A DNA stretch of 64,000 bases. It comes from the human T2T-CHM13v2.0 reference genome, Homo sapiens. Location of the stretch: contig CP068257.2 in NCBI GenBank assembly GCA_009914755.4, positions 34,496,001 through 34,560,000 of the forward strand. Reading direction: 5' to 3'. The translations under genes were made by a program, and so were the position numbers. The notes below the pieces were generated by a model. That model worked only from the letters and a program-made list of their open reading frames with translations. It had not been told where the DNA came from and ran no database searches. Of this stretch, positions 16,223 through 30,044 are shown in pieces (the first letter of the stretch is position 1; the number at the start of each line of letters is the position of its first letter).

Positions 16223-16599
16223 GAAAAAAAAAAATCACTTTCCCAATCTGCAAAATGGCTACTGTCCTCAATTTCCCCAAACTAATCCCTCTCAATGATG
16301 ACCTCAAATCTCTCACCCTCCAAAGAGATAACAGATGCCCTCAGGAAGGCCTTAGTTTCCCCAACATGCTTGGGTCTAAACCCACACACTCTGCCTTTCC
16401 TTCTGTTACAAGAGAAGAGGTGTGCTGTTTCCCCCTCCACACCCCCACCTGATTCCTGGATCCACCCGTGCTTGGTCTTCCCACACATTTTGTTCTTGCA
16501 ATTCTTCCTGTTCTTCAACTGTTCTCTCTCTGAGATTATTGTCATTACATAAAAACATGCTTTAATATCTCTCTCGGCTTTTGAAATTCTTTAAAAAGG

Positions 16600-16714
16600 A
16601 GTTAAGTTGTGCAATGTGAGTTCATTGACCACAATGGATTTAAGTTAGAAATCAATCGCAAGATAGCCGGAAAAATCCCCAAGTAAGTTGGAAACTTAAA
16701 AAATACACTTCTAG
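16600..16714 (+). mobile_element. Ancient L1 (L1M/L1P-like) ORF2 5' region fragment
   Basis: GACCACAATGGATTTAAGTTAGAAATCAA...TGGAAACTTAAAAAATACACTTC resembles L1 ORF2 '...GACCACAATGGAATAAAACTAGAAATCAA...TGGAAATTAAACAAC'; continues at 18995 after the inserted Alu and retrocopy. Confidence 0.45.
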
Positions 16715-17023
16715 CCAGGGGCAGTGGCTCACGCCTGTAATCCCAGCATTTTGGAAGGCCAAGGCAGGCAGAGTGCTTGAGGTCAGGACTTCGAGACCAG
16801 CCTGGTCAACATGGTGAAACCCCATCTCTACTAAAAATACAAAAATTAGCTGGGCTTGGTGGCGGGTGCATCCCAGTTACTCAGGAGGCTGAGGCACAAG
16901 AATCGCTTAAATCCAGGAGGTGGAGGCTGCAGTGAACTGAGATGGCACCACTACATTCCAGCCTCAGTGATAGAGCAAGACTCTGTCTCAAAAAATAAAT
17001 AAATAAGAATAAAAATAAAAATA
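16715..17023 (+). mobile_element. Alu SINE
   Basis: CCAGGGGCAGTGGCTCACGCCTGTAATCCCAGCATTTTGGAAGGCCAAGG head; (AAAT)n-like tail ending at MEMO1 retrocopy 5' end. Confidence 0.9.
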
Positions 17024-18990
17024 GGCGGCCGGGCTGGAGGGCCCTGCCAGGGGTGGGGGTGGGGGTGGGTGCGGGGAGCCCCGCGGCGGGGGCGGGCGCG
17101 GAGTCACGGGGGTGGGGTCACTCGCGGTGGCTCGGGGAGGCCAGCTGGGAGGGGAGGGGGCCGTGGGGGCGGCTCGGCTGAACCAGCCCCGGCTGGGCAG
17201 CAGCGGGGACGCCGGGGGCCGGGGCCAGGGCTTTCCGGGCTTAGGTGAGGCCGCCGTGGGCCCCATCTTCCGGCGGTCGCCGGAGTTTGTGGTGATTGTT
17301 GCTGCCGCCGCCACCCCCCCGGCTGCCATCTCCTCCTCCTGGGCCGCCGCCTCCTCCTCTTCCTCCTCCTCCTGGGCCGGGCTGATCCCCTCCCCGCTGC
17401 CGCCTCCTCCTGGGCTGGGCCCGCGGTGTCTCGTCCCCTCGCGGAGCCGCTCCTGCCGCCGCCGCCGCCGCCTCCTCATTCATCCTCGTGCACCATAGGC
17501 GGCACAGGCACCAAGATGTCCAACCGAGTGGTCTGCCGAGAAGCCAGTCACGCCGGGAGCTGGTACACAGCCTCAGGACCGCAGCTGAATGCACAGCTAG
17601 AAGGTTGGCTTTCACAAGTACAGTCTACAAAAAGACCTGCTAGAGCCATTATTGCCCCCCATGCAGGATATACGTACTTTGGGTCTTGTGCTGCCCATGC
17701 TTATAAACAAGTGGATCCGTCTATTACCCGGAGAATTTTCATCCTTGGGCTTTCTCATCATGTGCCCCTCTCTCGATGTGCACTTTCCAGTGTGGATATA
17801 TATAGGACACCCCTGTATGACCTTCGTATTGACCAAAAGATTTACGGAGAACTATGGAAGACAGGAATGTTTGAACGCATGTCTCTGCAGACAGATGAAG
17901 ATGAACGCAGTATTGAAATGCATTTGCCTTATACAGCTAAAGCCATGGAAAGCCATAAGGATGAGTTTACCATTATTCCTTTACTGGTTGGAGCTCTGAG
18001 TCAAAAGAACAGGAATTCGGAACTTTTCAGTAAATATCTAGCGGATCCTAGTAATCTCTTTGTGGTTTCTTCTGATTTCTGCCATTGGGGTCAAAGGTTC
18101 CGTCACAGTTACTATGATGAATCCCAGGGGGAGATTTGTAGATCCATTGAACATCTAGATAAAATGGGTATGAGTATTATAGAACAATTAGACCCTGTAT
18201 CTTTTAGCAATTACTTGAAGAAATACCATAATACTATATGTGGAAGACATCCCATTGGGGTGTTATTAAATGCTATCACAGAGCTCCAGAAGAATGGAAT
18301 GAATATGAGTTTTTCGTTTTTGAATTATGCCCAGTCGAGCCAGTGTAGAAACTGGCAAGACAGTTCAGTGAGTTATGCAGCTGGAGCACTCACGGTCCAC
18401 TGAAGCTCTGAATCCTCAGGGATGCCACCTGCACATTCTCATACTCTGTCCGGGCTCCCAGCCTAGCCTTTACCACGATACTGGTCCTGGTTTGGGGGGA
18501 TTCTGAAACCTCAAACTAATAGAACTTTCTTCTCTTTTTTTCTAGTAGGTGTAGTCCTTCCTTAATTTCAACTCATTAAAAAATGCTTTATAGTTTAGGG
18601 CAGTGGAAGGAAGGCTGGCATCAAAATATTTTGATCAAAAAAGATGACAATGTAAAGGCTCAGTTATGGCAGACAGTTTTTTGAAAGTAACTTGTAAAGC
18701 ATTTACCATATCCTAAATTTGCACTCTTTGCAGACTTGTGCACATATATTCCGCTTTCAGAATAGTTTTGCAAATTGTACACAAACAAACAAAAAGGTGG
18801 AAGCTTTTTAATAAAGAAATTGCATTTATAAATGATCTGTATTAGAATATAATAAATCTCCAGTTATAGTCAATTACTACCCATGTTGTACAACAGATAC
18901 CTTCTATTTTAGTTGCTAATAAAGGGCTACACAACTCAAAATAAATAAATAAATAAATAAATAATTTAAAAAATAAATAAAAATAAACTG
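17024..18990 (+). pseudogene. MEMO1P1: MEMO1 processed retrocopy, near full-length: GC-rich 5'UTR, intact 295-codon ORF 17516–18403, 3'UTR, AATAAA ~18917, A-rich tail
   Basis: Intronless; translation [54 protein letters not shown]...YAAGALTVH matches human MEMO1 end-to-end except a few substitutions and a 2-codon in-frame deletion (parental sequence from memory); poly-A signal plus (AAAT)n tail; inserted in L1. Confidence 0.85.
18940..18990. repeat. (AAAT)n/(A)n retrocopy tail
   Basis: aaataaataaataaataaataatttaaaaaataaataaaaataaa. Confidence 0.8.
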
Positions 18991-18994
18991 AATG

Positions 18995-19424
18995 AAATTG
19001 AAAACATATCAATGTGAGATGCCACTAAAGTCATACTAAAAGGGAATTTACACCACTTACTGCCTACATTAGAAAAGAAGTCTCAAATCAATGCAAATCA
19101 ATGACTTCTGCCTTTACAGTAAGAAACCAGAAAAAGAGCAAATAAAATCCAGTAAGCAGAAGAAAGGAAACAAAGATCAGAACAGAAATTAATATAATCA
19201 GGAAAAGAGAGAGAGAGAGAATCATTGTAACCAGAAGTTTGAGGAAAATCAAATCAATTGGTAAACCTCTAGCCAGACAGATCAGAAAAAAACACGAAAG
19301 ACACAAACCAGTCTCAGAAATGACAGGTAGCATCATTACCAACATTAAAAGGATAAGGGCATGTTAAAAGGATAAGGGTATCAATAGAATCAACACCTTA
19401 GATGAAATATATAAAAAATTTGAG
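18995..19424 (+). mobile_element. Ancient L1 ORF2 fragment (continuation)
   Basis: GATGCCACTAAAGTCATACTAAAAGGGAATTTACACCACTTACTGCCTACATTAGAAAAGAAGTCTCAAATCAATG...AGCAGAAGAAAGGAAACAAAGATCAGAACAGAAATTAATATAATCAGG...ACATTAAAAGGATAAGGGCATGTT align with L1 ORF2 '...GCAGTACTAAGAGGGAAGTTTATAGCAATAAATGCCTACATTAAAAAAGAAGAAAGATCTCAAAT...AGCAGAAGGAAGGAAATAATAAAGATCAGAGCAGAAAT...' from memory. Confidence 0.55.
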
Positions 19425-20160
19425 CTCTTTCTCAGTGACCAGGGCCTGTGCTTAGGCATAGACGGGCAAGTGGAGCCAACATGCCAGCGGCCCAGAGCTG
19501 GGTTTGTCGCCAAACTTATGTGACCCTGCAGAGACCCTTCGAGAAACCTCATCTCGACCAAAAGCTAAAGCTGATTGGTGAGTATGGGCTCCAGAACAAA
19601 TGTGAGGTCTGGAGGGTCAAATTTACCCTGGTCAAGATCCATAAGGCCGCCCGGGAGCTGCTGACGCTTGATGAGAAGGACCCACGGCGTCTGTTCGAAG
19701 GCATTGCCCTGCTGCAGTGGCTGGTCCGCACTGGGGTGCTGGATGAGGGCAAGATGAAGCTGGATTACATCCTGGGCCTGAAGATCAATGATTTCTTAGA
19801 GATTCCTACAGACCCAGGTCTTCAAGCTTGGCTTGGCTAAGTCCATCCGCCACGCTCATGTGCTGATTCAGCAGTGTCATATCCGTGTCCGTGAGCAGGT
19901 GGTAAATATCCTGTTCTTCACTGTCCGCCTGGATTCCCAGAAGCACATTGACTTCTCCCTCTGCTTCCCTATTGGGGTGGCCAACCCCAGCCACGTGAAG
20001 AGGAAGAATGCCAGCAAGGGCCAGGGTGGGGCTGGAGCCAGAGATGACGAGGAGGAGGAATAAGCCTGCTTGTCCCCTCCTGGGCTGGTGGATTGTCTAG
20101 TTTTCCTGCCAAATGATAAAACAGGATCAATGCTTTATTTAAAAAAATAAAATTATGAAA
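19425..20160 (+). pseudogene. RPS9 (40S ribosomal protein S9) processed pseudogene
   Basis: Starts with TOP-like CTCTTTCTCAGTGACC 5'UTR; ATG 19481; translation [74 protein letters not shown]... is approx. 85% identical to RPS9; 2-bp deletion near 19805 shifts frame (continues in ORF 19833–20063 ...[13 protein letters not shown]...[15 protein letters not shown]); intronless; A-rich tail ~20140–20160. Confidence 0.88.
19521..19529 (+). promoter_or_regulatory. ARE-core-like motif TGACCCTGC (TGACnnnGC) at −2697 from CBR3 ATG
   Basis: gTGACcctGCa read at 19520–19530; lies inside the RPS9 retrocopy (derived from the RPS9 codons Y-V-T-P-R). Confidence 0.3.
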
Positions 20161-20190
20161 AACAGAAATTAAGGTCACTCAAGAAGAACT

Positions 20191-20340
20191 AGGCCAGGCA
20201 CGGTGACACAAGCCTGTAATACCAGCACTTTGAGAGGCCAAGGAGGGAGAATCGATGTAGCCCAGGAGTTCAACCAGTCTGAGCAACACAGTGAGACTCC
20301 CATCTCTAAAAACAAATAAAAATAAAATAAAATAAAAAAT
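20191..20340 (+). mobile_element. FLAM/left-monomer Alu-like element
   Basis: GGCCAGGCACGGTGACACAAGCCTGTAATACCAGCACTTTGAGAGGCCAAGGAGGG...A-rich (AAATA)n tail. Confidence 0.75.
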
Positions 20341-20350
20341 TATCCAGGCA

Positions 20351-20816
<466 letters not shown>

Positions 20817-20852
20817 CAGAAATAGAACGCCTAAATAGCCCCATATCCTTAA

Positions 20853-21166
<314 letters not shown>

Positions 21167-21849
21167 AAATGATCTTTAGGAGAAAAAAGAAGGAAATACT
21201 GGGGGAGGCACAGTAGGAGATCACAGCAGGGGCCCACCTCCGGAACCTCAAGTAAGGACTTGAGAGAGAAGGTAGAGTCAGAGTAACAGAGACACAGGCG
21301 GGTTAGCCAGCTCTGCATGGAAAAGGCTGAGTCGTGATGATGTCATGGTTCTCCCCAAATCTCAAAGTCACTGATCAAACAACTCAGTTTACACTGAAGA
21401 CGATGGATGAGACTCTAATTTTGTGCCCACAGCTTGACACACCTTTGGGAATTTGGTTTAACTTTCTTTGCCGGTACACAGATCTGTGAGAATATATGAT
21501 CAATCCAGATCTTTATAGATCTATATCCTCCCTGGACAAACCTAAATGCAGACACTTTTAGCACCCGTAGGAGTTAGGTAGGATTAAATAAAAACATTCC
21601 CTCCCACTTGGGGGCACATTCACTGGGAATCCCAGAGCGATGTCGCCTGCCCACACCTGCTAAGTGCGCTCACAGGGCATCTAGTTCCCTCTCTTGAGTT
21701 CCTTTTAAGCAAGCAAGGCAACCTATGTCCAGAGAAGCAGTTACTGTGTCTAAGTAAGTCACTGCATCTTAGGAAAAAGCAAACATTCGCATTTTGCAGT
21801 GCATGATGGGCGCACACCCAAGAAAATTACTCAGCACTTGTTTTTCTCA

Positions 21850-22750
21850 CTTTGGGGTTTTCCCAAAATAATTTCTTCAGTCCAGTTGCCATGAATCTGG
21901 AGCCCCCGACTGACCCATCAAGGTCCGATTTGGCTTCGGACACCTCGCAGATCACCCCGCGGCTCAGAGCCCGGATCCTGAAGGGCGCAGCGTGGGCAGG
22001 GGGCGGGCCCGGGAGTTGGAACAGAGGGCACAGACGGCCCCTCCTCGGAGGGGAGGGACCGGAGCCGGGGCCTTTTTCTTTAAGACTCGCAGCACTGGAT
22101 CCCAGAACTTAGTCTGCGCGGCGGCATTGACACTAGCTGGGCTCCTCGGGGCGCGCCCCAGGTGGTCCGAAGCCCGGTCCGCCCTCCACGCAGGTGCCCC
22201 GCGCTCCCCGCTCAGCCATGTCGTCCTACAGCCGCGTGGCGCTGGTGACCGGGGCCAACAGGGGCATCGGCTTGGCCATCGCGCGCGAACTGTGCCGACA
22301 GTTCTCTGGGGATGTGGTGCTCACCGCGCGGGACGTGGCGCGGGGCCAGGCGGCCGTGCAGCAGCTGCAGGCGGAGGGCCTGAGCCCGCGCTTCCACCAA
22401 CTGGACATCGACGACTTGCAGAGCATCCGCGCCCTGCGCGACTTCCTGCGCAAGGAGTACGGGGGGCTCAATGTACTGGTCAACAACGCGGCCGTTGCCT
22501 TCAAGAGTAGGTGCAGGGCTTGGGTTGGGGCCCCCTGGAGCGCTCCGAGGGTGCGGAGGTGGCCAGCCGCAGGCTCCCCACCCGTCCACTTGAGTGACCG
22601 AGGAGGGTGGCGCCGACCCCTAGGGATGCGCTCAGCCCACGCCTCCCGCGAGGCGGTTTTCGCTTTCCGTGATTCGCTGAGCCCCAGGCGGGCCCGGGCG
22701 ACAAACAGCGCGCCCCGCCCGCCGGCCTGTGAGGGCCTGTGCGCGGCCCG
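21850..22750 (+). promoter_or_regulatory. CBR3: CBR3 CpG-island promoter / 5'UTR / start of intron 1
   Basis: Very high CpG density, GC boxes (GGGGGCGGGCCCGGG at ~22000; GCCCCGCCCGCC ~22693), no TATA; immediately upstream of CBR3 ATG. Confidence 0.75.
22218..22506 (+). CDS. CBR3: CBR3 (carbonyl reductase [NADPH] 3) coding exon 1, codons 1–96 + first nt of codon 97
   Basis: ATG 22218; MSSYSRVALVTGANRGIGLAIARELCRQFSGDVVLTARDVARGQAAVQQLQAEGLSPRFHQLDIDDLQSIRALRDFLRKEYGGLNVLVNNAAVAFK matches CBR3 (CBR1 differs: MSSGIHVALVTGGNKGIG...); donor AAGA|GTAGGT at 22506/22507. Confidence 0.92.
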
Positions 22751-23196
22751 GGGCCCTCCCCGAACTGTCAGCCGCTGTTGTGTGCAGGAAAACTGGCCTC
22801 CTGGGAGGGGGCAACGCCCTGCTAGAGTTCATCAGCTTTCCTTCCAACGCGAGAAACATTTTCTCTGCAAAGAAACGGTCTCCGCTCGCTTTGGGCTTTC
22901 GCTTTCCTTGAAAGGGCGCATTCATAGATGCCCGGAGGCATTTGCTCGGGAAAGGAAATGAATCGCTAAAACAGGATTAGCGCGCGCTTGCCCTTGGTGG
23001 ACTTGACAATTTGTGTAATGCAGAGCTTTGATAGGCTCTGGCAAAAAGGAAGCGAGCCTTCTCGTTCCCCCACCCCCGCCCGGGGAGCTTATGTTTGTTA
23101 TAAAATACGTGCGTGTGGTCTTAAAAGCATCTTCCTTAAGGAGAGGGGCGGGGATCAAGAGATTGCTTATTCTAACTACTACTGAAGAAAATTACA

Positions 23197-23348
23197 GGAG
23201 GGCGCAGTGGCTCACGCCTGTAATGCCAGCACTTTGGGAGGCCGAGGCAGGAGAAACGCTTGAACCTGGGAGGCAGTGAGCCGAGATCGCGCCACTGCAC
23301 TCCAGACTGGGAGACAGAGCGAGACTCCGTATGAAAAAAAAAAAAAAA
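23197..23348 (+). mobile_element. Alu with internal deletion (~150 bp)
   Basis: GGAGGGCGCAGTGGCTCACGCCTGTAATGCCAGCACTTTGGGAGGCCGAGGCAGGAGAAACGCTTGAACCTGGGAGGCAGTGAGCCGAGATCGCGCCACTGCACTCCAGACTGGGAGACAGAGCGAGACTCCGT + A-tail. Confidence 0.8.
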
Positions 23349-23771
23349 GTTACTACGGAGAAATAAACAGGCCGGCTTCACCTCCAACCTAGTGGGGAAA
23401 AAAAGCCTAAGAGGGAGTGAAATGAAGGATGGGGGAGCAGAAGTCTCCACCCCTCCCTTTGGCCCTAGGCACTCCGCATTGTTGTGCATGGGGACCTGAG
23501 ACTTTCTTTGACCCGCACGGGCAACTCAGCCTGCCGGCTTTCTGAGAGCTGGGGTGCAGGAGTGGGGATTAACACCCCCTAATGCAGCCCTCAGCCATGG
23601 GCTGACAGATTGGTGGATAAATACCCGGCTTCCTGGACGACAGGCGGAGGGACTTCCCCTTGCCTTTCAAGGTATGGGGAATGGACCACCAGCAGCTGCA
23701 AACCTGGGCGCTCATGGCAAGGCAGAATCTCCCGCCTTGCCACACACCTGCTGAATCAAAATCTGCGTTTC

Positions 23772-24104
<333 letters not shown>

Positions 24105-24181
24105 CTACGCACCTTTAAGTTTAAGAAGTGGTAGTCAAAGCCAAGTGTTCTCAAGGTGTGGCTGGAGACCAGTAGCTGTCA

Positions 24182-24643
<462 letters not shown>

Positions 24644-24827
24644 TTAACAGGCTCTATAAGTGATTCGGATGCAGACTAAAGTTTGAGAATCACCGACCTT
24701 GTTCTTAAAAATTGTTTTAAAATTAACTTGTTTTTCCTTTAGTTGTTAGGAGTTAGGATCCACTTTGTCATGTGAGTTTCAGGGGGAAAAATATGACTTT
24801 CTTTTTGTTTCTTTCTCTTTTTGAAAG

Positions 24828-24935
24828 GTGATGATCCAATGCCCTTTGACATTAAAGCTGAGATGACACTGAAGACAAATTTTTTTGCCACTAGAAACAT
24901 GTGCAACGAGTTACTGCCGATAATGAAACCTCATG
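24828..24935 (+). CDS. CBR3: CBR3 coding exon 2 (…S DDPMPFDIKAEMTLKTNFFATRNMCNELLPIMKPHG…)
   Basis: Acceptor ttctctttttgaaag|GTGATGATCC; frame joins exon 1 as AAG AGT GAT GAT = K S D D; donor CATG|GTAAGC at 24935/24936. Confidence 0.9.
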
Positions 24936-25105
24936 GTAAGCCCAACGTGTGGACAGTCGGGTTGCATCCCTCAGTAAGAAGTGGGCTACAGGCTTCCCGG
25001 AGCAGGGCTACCCTGCAGAAATCACTCAGGGGTGCTATTTCTCTGAAGGGGGAAAAATAGAAAATTGCTTCATTTTCCCACAGTGTTTGGCTTCTCACTC
25101 CAACA

Positions 25106-25150
25106 TTTTAGTTTAGTTTAGTTTAGTTTAGTTTAGTTTTGTTTTGTTTG
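25106..25150. repeat. (TTTAG)n / (TTTTG)n microsatellite
   Basis: gtttagtttagtttagtttagtttagttttgttttgtttgg. Confidence 0.9.
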
Positions 25151-25171
25151 GCAGTGGGGTGGGTGGTGGGA

Positions 25172-25452
<281 letters not shown>

Positions 25453-25581
25453 TTAGCTTTAAGTTCCAAAGATAAGTGTGACATATCACAATGCTTTTGG
25501 GATCCATGTCATGAACTCAATCCTAGAATGATAGAATGCTGTGAGTCCCCAAAGGCCGCTTGCCTCTGGTCAATCTCATGA

Positions 25582-26044
<463 letters not shown>

Positions 26045-26383
26045 AACGAGAAATTTTCTTTATTAGGAAATGTCTTGCCTATACCTGCAGGTATTCAATA
26101 AATGTTACTATTATACTTTTCCTACAAACATTGGAGTGCCTGCCATATTCCAGGCATTATGCTGGGATCTGGGTGTGCAATGGTGAGCATTATAGACAGG
26201 GACCATCTCATTGGTGGAGCTGAAACTCTAGTGGGGGAGATATCCATTAGCAAAGAATCTGAAGTGTGAAATGACAGCTGTGCTGGGGTACAGGGAAGCT
26301 TGCTTCCTTGAGGATTTTATTCCCCAAGAAGGTAACTGTGGATTCTTAGAACTGTGGTTTTTATTAAAAATGTGCTTGCTTTT

Positions 26384-26686
<303 letters not shown>

Positions 26687-26738
26687 GAAGTGTGCTTTTC
26701 TTAATTTAACATTTCGAATATGGATTATTGGCCGGGTG

Positions 26739-26872
26739 TGGTGGCTCATGCCTGTAATCTCAGCACTTTGGGAGGTTGAGGCAGGAGGATCACTTGAGCC
26801 CACGAGTTTAAGACCAGGCTGAAAAATATGGCAAGACCCTCATCACTTTAAACAAACAAACAAAATTATCTC
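26739..26872 (+). mobile_element. FLAM/left-monomer Alu-like
   Basis: GGCCGGGTGTGGTGGCTCATGCCTGTAATCTCAGCACTTTGGGAGGTTGAGGCAGGAGGATCACTTGAGCCCACGAGTTTAAGACCAGGCTG ... (CAAA)n. Confidence 0.8.
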
Positions 26873-26885
26873 TGGATGCAAAACC

Positions 26886-27193
26886 TTTTTTTTTTTTTTT
26901 TTTTTTTTTTCTGAGACAGAGTCTCCCTCCGTCGCCCAGACTGGAGTGCAGTGGCATGAGCTCAGCTCGCTGCAACCTCCGCCTCTCAGGTACGAGAGAT
27001 TCTCCGCCCCAGCCTCTCAAGTAGCTGGGTTTACAGGCGAGCACCACCACGCCCAGCTAATTTTTTTGTATTTCTAGTAGAGACAGGGTTTCACCATGTT
27101 GGCCAGCTTGATCTCGAATTCCTGACCTCAGGTGATCCACCCGCCTTGGCCTCCCAAAATGCTAGGATTACAGGCTTGAGCCACCGCACTCAG
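26886..27193 (-). mobile_element. Alu SINE
   Basis: T25 head, GAGACAGAGTCTCCCTCCGTCGCCCAGACTGGAGTGCAGTGG ... GGCTTGAGCCACCGCACTCAG. Confidence 0.9.
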
Positions 27194-27732
27194 ACGCAAA
27201 AAGTTCTTAACCTAAGAAGGTGAATGGTGAGAGTTGCACTTGTACTCTGTCAGTTTCTGAGTGGGATGAGATCGTAGAAAGCCTGCAGGGAGAACTGCAG
27301 GTGCTTTGAAGGGGATGGAGTTTCTAAATGCAAATCTGAGCCAATATAAACGCACATTTTAAAAACTCTCCTTTTTACACAGAAGGTAACATTTCATACA
27401 ATGTTTGCCACTTTGCTTTTTTTACTCCTTATGTCTGGGGCTCTCTCCAGGTTTGGTCAGAAAGCTTTTATCTTTTTTGTGGCTATATAGGGACGCAGCC
27501 ATTATAGGGATGTCTTTTACCCAGTGTTGGGAAGTTTTCTCCCGATAAATTTTTGAATGGGAACTTGAGAGCTGCAAGGTATTAAGACACCTTTAAAACT
27601 CCATCCCCTTCCAGAGCACCTGCAGTTCTCCCTGCAGGCTTTCTCTGATCCCATCCCACTAAAAAACTGAGCAAGTACAAGAGTACAAGTGCAATTCTCA
27701 CCATTCACCTTTTTAGGTTAAGAAGTTTTTGT

Positions 27733-28320
<588 letters not shown>

Positions 28321-29157
28321 TCAGCCTCGTCTAGCTTCAAGGTGCTTTGAACGCTTACATTAGCCTATAGTCTGGCAAAGTCATCTAACACAAAGCCTAT
28401 TTTATCATAAAATGTTGAGTATCTTATGTAATTTATTGAATCTGTACTGAAAGTGAAATGCAGAATGGTTGTATGGGGCCTCCAAGTACAGATTCTGCAG
28501 AATGCATATCGCTTCCTCATCCATCAGTGAAGTCAGTAAGTCCTGAGTGGAACCATCAGAGGGCAGGGACCATCTATCTGTATTTGACTTGCTTATTTGT
28601 TCAAGGTTCTGAGTCAATAGGACAAGCAACTACTAAGCCACTAGAGGGCGCAACTTGCCTACTCTTTCTAGAGTAAGGCAGCAGGTGTTTCGGGACCGGT
28701 GGGGCCACCTGGACCTCAGTGGAGGGTGGTGTGGGTGCAGCCCTTCCCAGGGCTGATGACGCATCTGGCTGACGAGGCTGACTGTCAGCCTCTGGCCTCT
28801 CTCCCAGAGGTGTGCCCTCAGATCAAAGAGGACACCTCCTCCCCTTAAGAGGATTTATTTCCTCAAAGGCACAGCTTCTATGATCTGTGTTTTTCTTTCT
28901 TCCTTTCCCATTCACATTTAATTCCTTGTAGCCGCCAAGTTTCTGAGAACAAAGCTGTTTAGAAAGCAATGAAGAACACAACATCACTGATGTAGTATTC
29001 CTGGCCAAAATATTGATGTGACTCTCATCATGAGAACAGACCAATTCACTTTGAGAGAAATACTACAAAATAATGGTCTACAGTCTTCAAAAAAGTCATT
29101 GCCAACTACCTTACATTAAAATATATGAAAGAGATGTGACAATTAAATGCAATCCAT

Positions 29158-29501
<344 letters not shown>

Positions 29502-30044
29502 TTAAAGCAAACAAAAACTGTAAAAGAACATTACTGGGACAATTTGGACACATTTGAATATGGGCTGTATTTTAGATAATAGTGTTGTATAATGATAAAT
29601 GCCTGGCATGTGGTCATAACTGTAGTAATGTAGGGGAATGCCCTTGCTACCATATATAATACTAAAGTGTTTAAGATGAAGGTTTATGATATCAGCAACT
29701 TGGAGAGAAAAAGGGACAGAGAGGGAAAAAGCAAACACAGCAAAATGTTAACAATTAGTGAACTTAGGTGATGGGCATAGGGTATTTATCGAACTATTCT
29801 TGTAACTTCTCTGTAACAGGAAAGAAATACATACATACACTTCATCTTTGAAAGTGAGAGAGAGAAGGAAGGAAAGAAATACTGAATAGTACTAGGTACC
29901 TGGGGGGATGAGTGAGGTGCTAGTTTCCAAGGACAGAGTGAGGGTATCTCTTGTGGGATTGGGGTCCACAAGAATGTGCAGCTCCCTTGCAATGGGAACT
30001 TGTGGGGAATGCCATTCAGAAAATGAAATAAAATCTACAGATCC

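Noticed and set aside
16988-17615. ORFs 16988–17479 (minus), 17112–17498 (plus) and 17241–17615 (minus) over the GC-rich segment
   Set aside because: This is the copied MEMO1 5'UTR; the ORFs are compositional artefacts. The apparent N-terminal extension of the MEMO1-like ORF (17426) starts at GTG, not ATG.
19425-19445. Possible TSD for the RPS9 retrocopy (ATGAAA…/…ATGAAAAACAGAAAT)
   Set aside because: Too short and too A-rich to call reliably. The host L1 alignment suggests a 6–8-bp duplication only.
22194-22961. 255-aa ORF starting MPRAPRSAMSSYS and running far past the CBR3 exon 1 donor
   Set aside because: It is CBR3 exon 1 read through into intron 1, with an upstream in-frame ATG in the 5'UTR. 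The real CDS starts at 22218 and leaves the frame at the GT donor at 22507.
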